64,000 bases of DNA from positions 194,596 through 258,595 of the forward strand of contig CAWFOM010000005.1 of assembly GCA_963817385.1 (NCBI GenBank), read 5' to 3'. This document shows, in pieces, positions 37,335 to 47,186 of this stretch. Source of the stretch: an uncultured delta proteobacterium. Its GTDB lineage: Bacteria > Desulfobacterota > Syntrophia > Syntrophales > UBA5619. The notes beneath the pieces were generated by a model that saw nothing but the letters and a program-made list of their open reading frames with translations, was not told the origin of the DNA and did no database searches. Both the position numbers and the translations under genes were made by a program. Position 1 is the stretch's first letter. Each line of letters starts with the position of its first letter.

Positions 37335-37957
37335 TTGTCGCCCCCTTTTCCGTGCGTCACATACTCATCGAGCTTCGCGATATCATCGTCGGTGACGTGC
37401 ACCGTCGCCTTCAGTTTCTCGACGTCGACCTCCTCGACGTCCTGGATGCGCGAGGGCCACTTGCCATCCTTCAGGCACAGGACGCAGCGGACCATCTCGA
37501 CGAAGCCCTGCACGAGGATAAACGCCCCGGCGATCGGGATGATGGTCTTGAAGTGGTAGAGAGGCGGACCGTCGGCGGTGATGCTCGAATGCTCGAAGAT
37601 CCGCCAGGAGTCGCCGGCATAGTAGAAGCCGGCCCAGCAGAGGGCGGTCACCCCGGGGAGGAAAAAGAGGATGTAGAGCGTCAGGTCGAGGGCGGCCTGC
37701 ACACGCTGCGGGAAGAAACCGTAGAGGACGTCGCCGCGGACCATGCCGTTCTTCGAGAGGGTGTAGGCGCCCGCCATCATGAACAGGATCCCGTACATCT
37801 GGATCATGATATCGAAGGCCCACGAGTGCGGTGCGTCCATGGCGTAGCGAGCGTACACCTCGTAGGTGATCAGAAAGGTGAGCCCCACGATGAGCCAGGA
37901 GAACGCCTGGCCGGCAAATGTGCTGATCTTGTCGATGGTAAGCAGTAATTTCTGCAT
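37331..37957 (-). CDS. dctQ: TRAP transporter small permease (DctQ, FcbT2-like)
   Basis: 208 aa with 4 TM helices. Its stop overlaps the dctM start (ATGA). Confidence 0.85.
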   Translation of the reverse strand: MQKLLLTIDKISTFAGQAFSWLIVGLTFLITYEVYARYAMDAPHSWAFDIMIQMYGILFMMAGAYTLSKNGMVRGDVLYGFFPQRVQAALDLTLYILFFLPGVTALCWAGFYYAGDSWRIFEHSSITADGPPLYHFKTIIPIAGAFILVQGFVEMVRCVLCLKDGKWPSRIQDVEEVDVEKLKATVHVTDDDIAKLDEYVTHGKGGDK

Positions 37958-38028
37958 ATTTACACCTTTACTAAAAATCAGCCATCCGGGCGACGCCCGG
38001 ATGGCTGATCGATGATGTCGTGGACCTT

Positions 38029-39213
38029 TTACTTCTTCTTCGGTTCGGCCTTCGCGGGTTCAGCCTTTGCGGGTGCGGCCTTCCTGCCGAAGTAGTGGTT
38101 ATAGGCCATGCGCCGGTTGACGTTGGTATCCATGTCCCAGGCCACCGTGCGCTTGGCAAACTCTATCTGCGATGCGACGATCTCCTTGAACAGGGGGTTA
38201 TCCGCCGACTTCTTCTTCACGATCTCATCATAGAGGACGAGCTCCCTGGCCAGGATCGCGTCGGGGGTCTTGTAGAACTTCACCTTGTCCTTGGTCTGGA
38301 GCTCGATGTAGTCCTTCGAGTAGCGGTCAATCGACTTCCAGGACATGTCGGCCGAGGCGGCTTCCACGCCGTTGTCGATGATCGCCTTCAACTTGGCGGG
38401 CAGCGCGTCGTACTTGGTCTTGTTGAACAGGATTTCGAACTGCTCCGCGTTTTGGTGGAAGCTCTGGAGCATGCACACCTTCGAGACGTCGGGGAAACCG
38501 AGCAGCCGGTCGGACGAAGCATTGTTGAACTCCGCCCCATCCAGCAGGCCGCGATCCAGGGCCGGGACGATCTCGCCGCCGGGGAGGGCGTTCACCGCAC
38601 AGCCCAAGGCGGTGAAGAGGTCGACGGAGAGACCCACGGTCCGGAACTTGAGCCCCTTGAGGTCCTCGATCTTGGTGATGGGCTTCTTGAACCAGCCGAA
38701 GGGCTGCGTAAACATCGGCCCGTAGGGGAAAGAGGCGACGTTCGCGCCGATGGATGCATAGAGCTTCGCCAGCAACTCCTTGCCGCCGCCGTACTTGTGC
38801 CAGGAGAGGAGCATGTTGGCGTCCATACCGTAGCCGGGGCCCGATCCCCAGAGGGCCAGGGCGTTCTGCTTGCCGTAGTGGTAGACGATGACGCCGTGGG
38901 CGCCGTCGAGCGTCCCCTTGGAGACCGCATCCAGAACGCCGAAGGCCGGGACGACGGAGCCGGCAGGGAGCACTTCGATCTTGAGATCGCCGCCGGTCAT
39001 GTCGTTGATCTTCTTGGCGAAGTCAAGGGCATACTCGTGGAAGATGTCCTTGGTCGGCCAGGTGCTCTGCCATCTCATGCTGATCGGCCCCTGCGCCTTG
39101 AGGATCGAGGGGAACCCCAGGGTTGCGGCCCCGGCCGTCACTGCGGCAGCGGCGGTGAGAAAATTGCGGCGTGATACGCCCTTCGTCTCTTTACCCAGTA
39201 CTTTCTTTGTCAT
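38029..39213 (-). CDS. dctP: TRAP transporter substrate-binding protein (DctP/FcbT1-like) with a twin-arginine signal
   Basis: MTKKVLGKETKGVSRRNFLTAAAAVTAGAATLG is a Tat signal. A DctP-like core follows, then a Lys/Ala/Pro-rich C-terminal tail. An AAGGAGGAGGG RBS precedes the ATG at 39213. Confidence 0.88.
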   Translation of the reverse strand: MTKKVLGKETKGVSRRNFLTAAAAVTAGAATLGFPSILKAQGPISMRWQSTWPTKDIFHEYALDFAKKINDMTGGDLKIEVLPAGSVVPAFGVLDAVSKGTLDGAHGVIVYHYGKQNALALWGSGPGYGMDANMLLSWHKYGGGKELLAKLYASIGANVASFPYGPMFTQPFGWFKKPITKIEDLKGLKFRTVGLSVDLFTALGCAVNALPGGEIVPALDRGLLDGAEFNNASSDRLLGFPDVSKVCMLQSFHQNAEQFEILFNKTKYDALPAKLKAIIDNGVEAASADMSWKSIDRYSKDYIELQTKDKVKFYKTPDAILARELVLYDEIVKKKSADNPLFKEIVASQIEFAKRTVAWDMDTNVNRRMAYNHYFGRKAAPAKAEPAKAEPKKK

Positions 39214-39530
39214 AATACCCTCCTCCTTAGTTATTGGTAAAAATTGACTGCCTGACTTGAGAACCCATTCACCCGACACTAATTAACAGGACCTATGCCG
39301 AAACCCTGCGGTTTCGGTTAATCGGTTGCCATTTTACCGGTGTTCTGCGAATCGTTTATCCAATGCATGTAAGGCAGAGATGAGAGAATATGACGAGGGG
39401 ACCATTTCCTGCTGAACGCATCCGACATGTGGTTAATATCCAACATCAATCATCCCGTTCGCGAGAACCGCACAACCAAGGCATCTGAAAGATTGCTAAA
39501 TTATATTAATCACTTATATAAGCGCATCGT

Positions 39531-39575
39531 GTTGATAGGTGGTTGATACTAATCTCCGGAATCGTAATTTGTCAA
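39531..39575 (-). promoter_or_regulatory. Candidate promoter (TTGACA-18-TAGTAT) overlapping a GTTGATA direct repeat, upstream of dctPQM
   Basis: Minus strand: TTGACA at 39575-39570 and TAGTAT at 39551-39546. On the plus strand GTTGATA occurs at 39531-39537 and 39542-39548 (11-bp period). The site is about 330 nt from the dctP start, so the assignment is tentative. Confidence 0.3.
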
Positions 39576-39715
39576 GCAAAAACATCCCCTGGACGGGGTT
39601 CCGGGGCGGGAAATCGGACAGGCGGTCGCCATGACAATCCAAGCGGTCGAAAATCGCGCCCGACCGGCAGCTAAGAGACGGAGAAACGGACCTACCCTCC
39701 CGGACAGAACGCTCC

Positions 39716-40426
39716 TCAGAAGTGCAATTTGTCTCTCAGCACCCGAAGGTAGCGGCGGCTCACGGGGACAAGCCGGCCCGATTTCGTCTTGATGTCGGCA
39801 AGCATGTTTTCGCGGAGGATGATTTCGTCCACCAAATTAATATTGACAAGGAACTGCTTGTGGCATCGGACGAGCGGAGTCTTGTTCTCGATAACCTGGA
39901 GGGTGAGTTCCGTGTAAAACTCGCCGCCGGAGGTGATCACATACACCCCCGCCTCACCGGATCGGACATATTCGATCTCCTCCACATCGATGAGTTTGAT
40001 GGTAAAGGCTTGGAGGCAGGGAATCTTCTGAATATCGGAACCCGTAAACACCGTTTTACCGCCCTCGGCAAACCTTTTCTTGAGTTTCTCCACGGTCTTC
40101 AGGAGCCGCTCTTTTTCGACCGGCTTGAGCAGGTAGTCGAGGGCGTTTTCCTCGAAGGCCTTGAGGGCGTATTCGTCATACGCGGTGACAAAAACGACGT
40201 CCGGCATGAGATTCCCGTCGATCATCCCGAGCAGCTCGAATCCGTTGATCACCGGCATCTGGATATCAAGGAACAGCACATCGGGTTTTTCCTTCCTGAT
40301 GGCCTGTATCGCCTCCAGGGCGTTGGCGCATTTCCCCGCGACCGTAAATTCACCGGTCTCGTTGAGCATGGCCTCCAGTTCTTGACGGGCATAGATCTCA
40401 TCATCGACGATCAGGGCGCGCATCAT
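39716..40426 (-). CDS. LytTR/LytR-family response regulator
   Basis: 236 aa with a receiver domain (ALIVDDE...DVLFLDIQMP) and a C-terminal LytTR domain. Confidence 0.93.
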   Translation of the reverse strand: MMRALIVDDEIYARQELEAMLNETGEFTVAGKCANALEAIQAIRKEKPDVLFLDIQMPVINGFELLGMIDGNLMPDVVFVTAYDEYALKAFEENALDYLLKPVEKERLLKTVEKLKKRFAEGGKTVFTGSDIQKIPCLQAFTIKLIDVEEIEYVRSGEAGVYVITSGGEFYTELTLQVIENKTPLVRCHKQFLVNINLVDEIILRENMLADIKTKSGRLVPVSRRYLRVLRDKLHF

Positions 40427-42099
40427 GACGCATGGCTCTCCAGAGGAATTTGCACGGTAACCCGCGTGACCTCATTCGGCACGCAGGAGATCGCCACCCC
40501 GGAATCACTGCCGAAATGCCCCTTGAGCCGTTTGTCGACGATCTTGATCCCGTGGCCGTCGTCCGTTACCTTCTCGTGATAGATCCCGGCATTATCCTCG
40601 ATCTCGATGAACGCCCGGCCATCCGTCCGAAAGGCCTTGATCCTGGCCACCCCCGGCCCCATCGTCCGCGAAATCCCGTGTTTGAAGGCGTTCTCGACGA
40701 GCGGCTGCAGGGTGAAGGTGGGAAGGATCACCGTGAGCAGGGAGGGGTCGATATCGATCTCGACCGCCAAACGATCGTCGTAGCGCGCCTTCTCGATCTG
40801 CAGATAGGAATTCACCTGGTCGAGTTCCTCCTCCAGTGTCGACAGATCATTGCCGCGCTTGAGGTTCTTGCGGAAAAAGTTGGACAGATGGATGAGCAGA
40901 TCCTTGCACCGCGCGGCGTCGATCCTGAGGACCGCGATGATCGTATTGAGGGAGTTGAACAGGAAGTGCGGGTTCACCTGCGCCTGGAGGAGTTTCAGTT
41001 CGGACTGCACCAGGAGGTTCTTCTGCATCTCATAGCGGGCCTGGAGCAGCTGGTTCGACAGGAGACGCGCAATCCCCTCGCCGAGGGTTTTGTTCATATT
41101 GAGAAAGCGCTTGTTCTTGGGTTCGAAGAGCTGGATCGTCCCGATCACGTCATTGTCGATATGGAGGGGAACCACGAGCACGGAGGTCAGCGGGCAGGTC
41201 TCCGACAGCGGGCAGGTGTACCGGTCATGTCCGCCGGCGGCGAACATGACCCGGTTTTCCCGGATCGCCTTCAGGGAGAAGGGGGACGCGAGCTGATTGC
41301 CCGGCTGGTGGTGATCCGTACCCTGGCCGACAAAGGCCAGCACCTTCTCCTTATCGGTAATGGCCACCGCACCCACGCCGGTTTCCTTATGGATGATCTT
41401 CGCCAGCGCTACGGCCGATTCACCGGTGATGCCCTTCGCAAGGATGTTCAGCGTCCTCTCCGCGATCTTGAACGCCTTTGTCGAGGAGACGGCGGCAATC
41501 CGATCGACCATGTTCTTCTGGTCGCGGATGATGCTCATGAACAGGGCGGCGCCGACGGCGTTCGAGGCGATCATCGGGACGGCGATAACCTTGACCAGGG
41601 TCACGGCATTGTCGAAAGGACGGGAGATCAGGAGAATGACGGCCATCTCGAGAATCTCCGCGCCGAAGGCGGTGAGAAAGGCGATCTTCGGATCGAACAG
41701 GGACTCCGACCGGTTCTTCCTCGACAGATGCCAATGGACGAGCCCGCCGATCATCCCCGCGAGCGTGGTTGCGAGTCCGCAGGAGGTGGCGGTAAATCCT
41801 CCCAGAAAATAGCGATGGACCCCGCCGGTGAATCCTACGGCCGTTCCGAGCATGGGTCCCCCGATGATGCCTGCCAATACCGCGCCGATGGCCCGGGTGT
41901 TGGCGATGGCGTCATGGACGGGCGTGCCCAGATAGGTGCCCAAGATCGACAGGCACGAGAAGACGACGTAGAGGTAGAGTTTGTCGATCGCACTGATCGT
42001 GTCCGTGGTCAGGGACTTGAACAGCGGGGATTTGCAGTAGATGTAGGCGATAACCACAAAAACCGACATCGCCTGGGTCATACGAAAGAGAATTTCCAT
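40423..42099 (-). CDS. LytS/YehU(BtsS)/YpdA-type sensor histidine kinase (5TM-Lyt, GAF, His_kinase domains)
   Basis: 558 aa with a polytopic N-terminus, a central GAF-like region and the NPHFLFNSLN motif. Its stop overlaps the regulator start. Confidence 0.93.
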   Translation of the reverse strand: MEILFRMTQAMSVFVVIAYIYCKSPLFKSLTTDTISAIDKLYLYVVFSCLSILGTYLGTPVHDAIANTRAIGAVLAGIIGGPMLGTAVGFTGGVHRYFLGGFTATSCGLATTLAGMIGGLVHWHLSRKNRSESLFDPKIAFLTAFGAEILEMAVILLISRPFDNAVTLVKVIAVPMIASNAVGAALFMSIIRDQKNMVDRIAAVSSTKAFKIAERTLNILAKGITGESAVALAKIIHKETGVGAVAITDKEKVLAFVGQGTDHHQPGNQLASPFSLKAIRENRVMFAAGGHDRYTCPLSETCPLTSVLVVPLHIDNDVIGTIQLFEPKNKRFLNMNKTLGEGIARLLSNQLLQARYEMQKNLLVQSELKLLQAQVNPHFLFNSLNTIIAVLRIDAARCKDLLIHLSNFFRKNLKRGNDLSTLEEELDQVNSYLQIEKARYDDRLAVEIDIDPSLLTVILPTFTLQPLVENAFKHGISRTMGPGVARIKAFRTDGRAFIEIEDNAGIYHEKVTDDGHGIKIVDKRLKGHFGSDSGVAISCVPNEVTRVTVQIPLESHAS

Positions 42100-42354
42100 G
42101 GAGTATTAGCCGTCACGCTGCCGGCTTGCAGGTCGTTTGGTGGTACATGAAGTATTGCTAAATCATCTTGACCATTTACATGCATACTTTCCGATGCGGT
42201 GTGACGGTACCATCCGTACTAATTAGTTGTCAACGGAAAAAAGGTGACACCCCGTCTTTTTTATTTTCTCTTCCCGGAAAAAACTGATATAAGCTACCGC
42301 GCAGTTGCTCGGCAATCTCCCTGTTCCATTGAAGAAACATTGAGGAAGGAAAAA

Positions 42355-43320
42355 ATGAAAAAACAAATTTATGTCGCCCGAGAGGTTTTTCAAGAAGTCC
42401 TGGATTTTCTGGCGCCTCATTTTGCCGTTGCCGCCAATCAGGAAGACACGGTCCTCACCGCGGAGGAGCTGGCCCGGGTGCTCGCCGACAAGGACGGGGC
42501 CATGACGACGCTCACCGAACGGATCGACGAGGATCTCCTGAGCCGTTGTCCCCGCCTGAAGGCGGTCTGCAACATCGCCGTGGGGTACAACAATATCGAT
42601 CTGGCCGCCTGCAGCGCCCACGGCGTCATGGCCACCAACACCCCGGGGGTCCTGGACGACACCACGGCCGATTTCGCCTGGACGCTGATCCTCGCCACCG
42701 CCCGCCGGCTGAACGAGGCCGAGGCCTACGTCCGGGAAGGCCGATGGGACAAGTGGAAGCTCAAGCAATTCCTCGGCCTCGATGTCCACCATGCCACGCT
42801 GGGAATTGTCGGCCTGGGACGGATCGGCCAGGTAGTGGCCCGCCGCGCAGTGGGTTTCGAGATGGAGGTGCTCTACCACGATGTGCAACGGGCCGCCCCG
42901 GCAATCGAAGCCGCCTGCCGGGCCAGGTATGTGACCAAGGAGGAGCTCTTTCGCAAGGCGGACATCGTCACGATCCATATCCCTTACAGCAAGGAGACCC
43001 ACCATGCGATCGGCGCCCCGGAGATCGCCCTCATGAAAAAATCGGCGATCCTCATCCATGCCGCCCGGGGCGGGGTGGTGGACGATGCCGCACTGGTCGA
43101 GGCGCTCCGCAGAGGGACCATTGCCGGCGCCGGCCTCGATGTCTTCGAAGGGGAACCCGCCATCCATCCGGGATTCCGGGAACTGAAAAATGTGGTCCTG
43201 TCGCCTCATATCGCCAGTTCTTCCGAGCGGACCCGCTTCAACATGGCCATGAAGGCCGCGGAGAATCTTGTCGCCGCCCTGACTTCCGGCAATCCCCCGA
43301 ACCTTTTGAATCGGGGGTGA
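42355..43320 (+). CDS. D-isomer-specific 2-hydroxyacid dehydrogenase (glyoxylate/hydroxypyruvate reductase-like)
   Basis: It has VGLGRIGQVVARRA NAD binding and a GhrB-like sequence. The start is taken at MKKQIYV, which has a GAGGAAGGA RBS. Confidence 0.88.
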   Translation: MKKQIYVAREVFQEVLDFLAPHFAVAANQEDTVLTAEELARVLADKDGAMTTLTERIDEDLLSRCPRLKAVCNIAVGYNNIDLAACSAHGVMATNTPGVLDDTTADFAWTLILATARRLNEAEAYVREGRWDKWKLKQFLGLDVHHATLGIVGLGRIGQVVARRAVGFEMEVLYHDVQRAAPAIEAACRARYVTKEELFRKADIVTIHIPYSKETHHAIGAPEIALMKKSAILIHAARGGVVDDAALVEALRRGTIAGAGLDVFEGEPAIHPGFRELKNVVLSPHIASSSERTRFNMAMKAAENLVAALTSGNPPNLLNRG

Positions 43321-43356
43321 AAGCGAAGTAAGCGGATAAAAGGAGGTCGTAAAATC

Positions 43357-44682
43357 ATGGACAAGCCCATGCACACCCTGAGCCTGAGGGAAGCCGCAGA
43401 CGGGATCAAAAACCGGCGATTCACCTCCGAAGAGTACACCCGGGCCCTCCTCGCGAGGATCGCATCGATTGATGAAGCGATCCAGGCCTGGACCTGGCTC
43501 AAGCCTGAAGAGGCGATCGAGGCCGCCCGCCGTTCCGACCGTCATCTCCGGTCCGGCGGCACACCCGGCCCCCTCCAGGGCCTGCCGATCGGGGTGAAGG
43601 ATATCTTTGCCACCGCCGGCGTGCCCACGCAAATGGGTTCTCCCGCCTTTGCCGGCCATATCCCGACCGAGTCGGCCGCGGTGATTGCACGGCTCGAGGC
43701 CCGGGGGGCCTTTGTCATGGGGAAGACCGTCACCACCGAATGCGCCTTTCTCTCCCCCGGAAAGACCATGAACCCCTGGAATCCGGTGCATACGCCGGGC
43801 GGATCGTCGAGCGGCTCCGCCGCCGCGGTCGCGGCAGGCTTTGTCCCGGCCGCCCTGGGCACGCAAACCAACGGTTCCGTCATCAGGCCCGCCGCCTTTT
43901 GCGGGGTCGTGGGCTTCAAGCCGACCCAGGGGGTGATCCCCATCGCGGGCGCCCTGACGTTCAGCCACACCCTGGATCAGCCGGGCATCCTGACCCGAAG
44001 CGTGGAGGATGCCGCCTTCCTCGCGGCCTCCCTGGCCGACGAAGGAACCCCACTTTCTGGGTCGATCCCCGACTGCTCCGCGCCTCCCCGCCTGGCGGCT
44101 GTCAGAACGCCCGTCTGGGAGCAGGCCGAGGAGCACGCCAAACGGAATTTCCGGGAGACCATCGAAGCATTGCGCAATGGCGGCGCCCAGGTCGAGGAGT
44201 GCGAACTGCCCGAGCTATTCAGCCTCGCCCACCGGGCGATCCGGACCATCATGGCCGCCGAGTCCGCCTTGAACCTGGAGGCGCTCGCTCTCAACCATGC
44301 CCCCCTCCTGAGTGCAACCTTGGGGAATTTTCTCGCCGAGGGAAGGGCAACGGGGGCGGTGGACTATCTGCGGGCCATGAAGACGCGCCAGAGCCTGCAA
44401 ACGGAACTGGAGCGATTTCTCATGCGATACGACGCCATCATCACCCCTCCCACGACGGGAGAAGCCCCGGCTACGCTCGAACAAACGGGTAACCCCACCT
44501 TCTGCTCGATCTGGAGCCTCTGCGGCGTCCCGGCGATTACGATCCCGGTGGGATTCGGACCTCGGGGGCTGCCGCTGGGCTTGCAGATCGTTGGCCCGCG
44601 GGGGAAAGATGGACAGCTCTTGTCTGCGGCCCGCTGGTGCGAGGGGTTGTTTCCCTTTCCCCCCTGGAGGGAAAAACCTTGA
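43357..44682 (+). CDS. Amidase-signature family amidase
   Basis: 441 aa with the GGSSSGSAAAVAAGF signature and PIGVKDIF. Confidence 0.9.
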   Translation: MDKPMHTLSLREAADGIKNRRFTSEEYTRALLARIASIDEAIQAWTWLKPEEAIEAARRSDRHLRSGGTPGPLQGLPIGVKDIFATAGVPTQMGSPAFAGHIPTESAAVIARLEARGAFVMGKTVTTECAFLSPGKTMNPWNPVHTPGGSSSGSAAAVAAGFVPAALGTQTNGSVIRPAAFCGVVGFKPTQGVIPIAGALTFSHTLDQPGILTRSVEDAAFLAASLADEGTPLSGSIPDCSAPPRLAAVRTPVWEQAEEHAKRNFRETIEALRNGGAQVEECELPELFSLAHRAIRTIMAAESALNLEALALNHAPLLSATLGNFLAEGRATGAVDYLRAMKTRQSLQTELERFLMRYDAIITPPTTGEAPATLEQTGNPTFCSIWSLCGVPAITIPVGFGPRGLPLGLQIVGPRGKDGQLLSAARWCEGLFPFPPWREKP

Positions 44683-45965
44683 ATCTCCATCATCTTCTGA
44701 CGAAGAGGACCTGTGAAAAAGGTCCTCTCCGCGTCGGTCTGATCGGCGCCGGCAAGTTCGGCAGCATGTTTATGGCCCAGGCCGGGAGCACCGAGGGGAT
44801 TCACCTCGCCGCCATTGCCGACCTGGCCCCTGCGAGGGCCATCGCTGCGCTCAAGCGGACCGGCTGGCGTGACGGGCAAGGGACGGCCGCCTCCCTCCCG
44901 GATGCCCTGGCCAACGGGACCACCTTCATCACCGATGACGCTATCGGCATGATCTCCTCCCCCGGCCTGGACGTGATCATCGATGCCACGGGGAGCCCCT
45001 CCGCTGGCATCGCCCACGTCCTCGCCTGCTGCCGGCAGAGGAAGCATATCGTCATGGTCAACGTTGAAGCGGATGCCCTGGCCGGGCCGCTATTGGCACG
45101 GCGGGCGCATGAGGCGGGAATCGTCTACTCCCTGGCCTACGGCGACCAGCCGGCCCTCATCTGCGAGATGGTGGACTGGGCGCGCGCCTGCGGCTTTACG
45201 GTGGTTGCCGCCGGCAAGGGAACGAAATACCTGCCCGTCTATCACCGCTCGACGCCGGATACGGTATGGGGCTATTACGGCTTTACCGAGGAGCAGGTGG
45301 CGCGGGGGGATTTCAACGCCAAGATGTTCAACTCCTTCCTGGACGGAACAAAGTCGGCAATCGAAATGGCCGCCGTTGCCAATGCGACCGGCCTCCTTCC
45401 TCCCCGGGACGGGCTTCGCTTTCCACCCTGCGGCGCGGACGATCTCCCGCGTATCCTGAAGCCCCGTAACGCGGGAGGGCTCCTGGATGATGCCGGACAG
45501 GTGGAGGTGGTCTCCAGCCTGGAGAGGGACGGACGGCCCGTATACCGTGACCTGCGCTGGGGCGTCTTCGTGACCTTTACCACCGCAAATAGCTACTCGG
45601 CCCAGTGTTTCCGTGAGTACGGCGTCGTGACCGATGAGAGCGGCCGCTACTCGGCCCTCTACCGGCCGGCCCACCTGATCGGCCTCGAACTCGGCATCAG
45701 CGTGGCCTCGGTGGCGCTCCGCGGCGAACCGACCGGATCGGCGCAGGATTTCACCGGGGACGTGGCGGCCACGGCAAAAAGCGACCTGCTCCCCGGGGAT
45801 ATCCTGGACGGGGAAGGAGGTTCGACCGTCTACGGGACCCTCCTGCCGGCCCGCAAATCCATCGCCTCCGGGTACCTCCCCATCGGCCTCGCCCATGGGG
45901 TCAAGGTCGTCAAGAATCCAGTCACCGCCGGCGAGATGGTCAGGTGGGACGATGTCACTCTATAA
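44679..45965 (+). CDS. NAD(P)-binding, SAF-domain oxidoreductase (homoserine dehydrogenase-like, COG4091-type); TTG start inferred
   Basis: It has LRVGLIGAGKFGSMF Rossmann and C-terminal SAF-like GDILDGEGGSTVYG motifs. The start is uncertain; a TTG overlaps the amidase stop. Confidence 0.75.
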   Translation: MNLHHLLTKRTCEKGPLRVGLIGAGKFGSMFMAQAGSTEGIHLAAIADLAPARAIAALKRTGWRDGQGTAASLPDALANGTTFITDDAIGMISSPGLDVIIDATGSPSAGIAHVLACCRQRKHIVMVNVEADALAGPLLARRAHEAGIVYSLAYGDQPALICEMVDWARACGFTVVAAGKGTKYLPVYHRSTPDTVWGYYGFTEEQVARGDFNAKMFNSFLDGTKSAIEMAAVANATGLLPPRDGLRFPPCGADDLPRILKPRNAGGLLDDAGQVEVVSSLERDGRPVYRDLRWGVFVTFTTANSYSAQCFREYGVVTDESGRYSALYRPAHLIGLELGISVASVALRGEPTGSAQDFTGDVAATAKSDLLPGDILDGEGGSTVYGTLLPARKSIASGYLPIGLAHGVKVVKNPVTAGEMVRWDDVTL

Positions 45966-46090
45966 AGGACAGGACGAGACGGTGAAATTCCGCCGGGAGA
46001 TGGAGACCGTCTTCAAAAAGGAGTGGGGAATGTAAGGCGGACGGAAGCGGACGTACCTCGATCTTGAAGACGAGATCCCTCCGCGCCTGA

Positions 46091-46211
46091 GGACATTTTT
46101 CCGACCCTGCACCCCTCGCTTCGCTGCCGGGAAAAAACTCGCGCTTCGCGCTCGGACATTTTTCCCGGCGGTCGCTCCGCTCAAGGGGCAGGGTACTCCG
46201 GAAAAATCTCC
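46091..46211. repeat. Two tandem REP/MITE-like palindromic units of the same family as 3458-3505
   Basis: Unit 1 is GGACATTTTTCCG...CGGGAAAAAACTC (46091-46140). Unit 2 is GGACATTTTTCCCGG...CCGGAAAAATCTCC (46154-46211), followed by CAATGGCGC. Confidence 0.6.
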
Positions 46212-46294
46212 AATGGCGCTTCCGGGATCACATATCCAAGCCACCAAATGTTTACGATAAAAGAAAGCGCATCAGCAGACAAAGGATCACAAAC

Positions 46295-47176
46295 ATGAGC
46301 ATGAACGTCGGTTTCATCGGTCTGGGTATCATGGGAACCCCCATGGCCCTCAATCTCGCCCGCGGCGGCTATCCCCTGTGGGTTTGCGACCGCCGGGTCG
46401 AAGCGGCGGCGCCGCTTGTGGCCGCCGGCGCCCGAGCCTGCGCTTCTTCGGAAGAGGCGGTGCGCGCCGCCGAAGTTATCATTATCATGGTACCCGACAC
46501 CAGTGCGGTGGAGCAGGCGATCATGGGACCGAACGGGGTCCTGGCAGGGGCGAAACCCGGGGCTGCCGTCGTGGTAATGAGCACGATCTCCCCGGAGGCC
46601 GCCCGCTCCCTCGCCGCCCGGCTCTGGGAGCACGAAGTGGAGATGCTCGACGCCCCGGTATCGGGAGGGGAGGCGGAAGCCGCAGAAGGATCCCTGACGA
46701 TCATGGCGGGGGGAAAACCGGAAGTCTTCGAGCGCGTTAAGCCGCTCTTCGAGCGCCTAGGGAAGAATATCGTTCATGTCGGCCCCACCGGCGCGGGGCA
46801 GTTGGCCAAGGCCTGCAACCAGATCCTGGTTACGATGGCCATCGAAGGGGTGGCCGAGGCGTTTACCTTCGCCCGGAAAAACGGCGTGGATCCACACCGG
46901 GTGCGGGAGGCCCTCCTGGGCGGTTTTGCGGGCAGCAAAGCCCTGGAGGTCCAGGGGAAACGGATGCTGGATCGTGATTTCCAGCCGGGATTCAGGGCGC
47001 GTCTCCATCAAGAGGACCTGCGGATCATCATGGAGACAGCGCACGCGGCGGGTCTTGCCCTGCCCGGTTCCGCCCTGGCGGCCCAGCACATGAACGCCCT
47101 CATCGGAAGCGGAGACGGGGAGTTGGATTCTTCGGCCTTCGTGAACGTGATCGAACGATTGAATGAAGGCAAGTGA
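46295..47176 (+). CDS. 2-hydroxy-3-oxopropionate (tartronate semialdehyde) reductase-like HIBADH-family dehydrogenase
   Basis: 293 aa with VGFIGLGIMGTPMALNL and a GarR/GlxR-like full-length sequence. Confidence 0.88.
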   Translation: MSMNVGFIGLGIMGTPMALNLARGGYPLWVCDRRVEAAAPLVAAGARACASSEEAVRAAEVIIIMVPDTSAVEQAIMGPNGVLAGAKPGAAVVVMSTISPEAARSLAARLWEHEVEMLDAPVSGGEAEAAEGSLTIMAGGKPEVFERVKPLFERLGKNIVHVGPTGAGQLAKACNQILVTMAIEGVAEAFTFARKNGVDPHRVREALLGGFAGSKALEVQGKRMLDRDFQPGFRARLHQEDLRIIMETAHAAGLALPGSALAAQHMNALIGSGDGELDSSAFVNVIERLNEGK

Positions 47177-47186
47177 GAGAGACGAA

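Noticed and set aside
42223-44136. A 637-aa minus-strand ORF, plus similar long antisense ORFs at 21342-23066(-), 25254-26570(-), 38020-39174(+), 40432-42150(+), 50886-52553(+) and 59375-60427(+)
   Set aside because: Each lies opposite a gene with strong family-level similarity. Each has an extreme Arg/Gly/Pro/Asp composition, lacks a convincing RBS, and would require near-complete overlap of two long genes.
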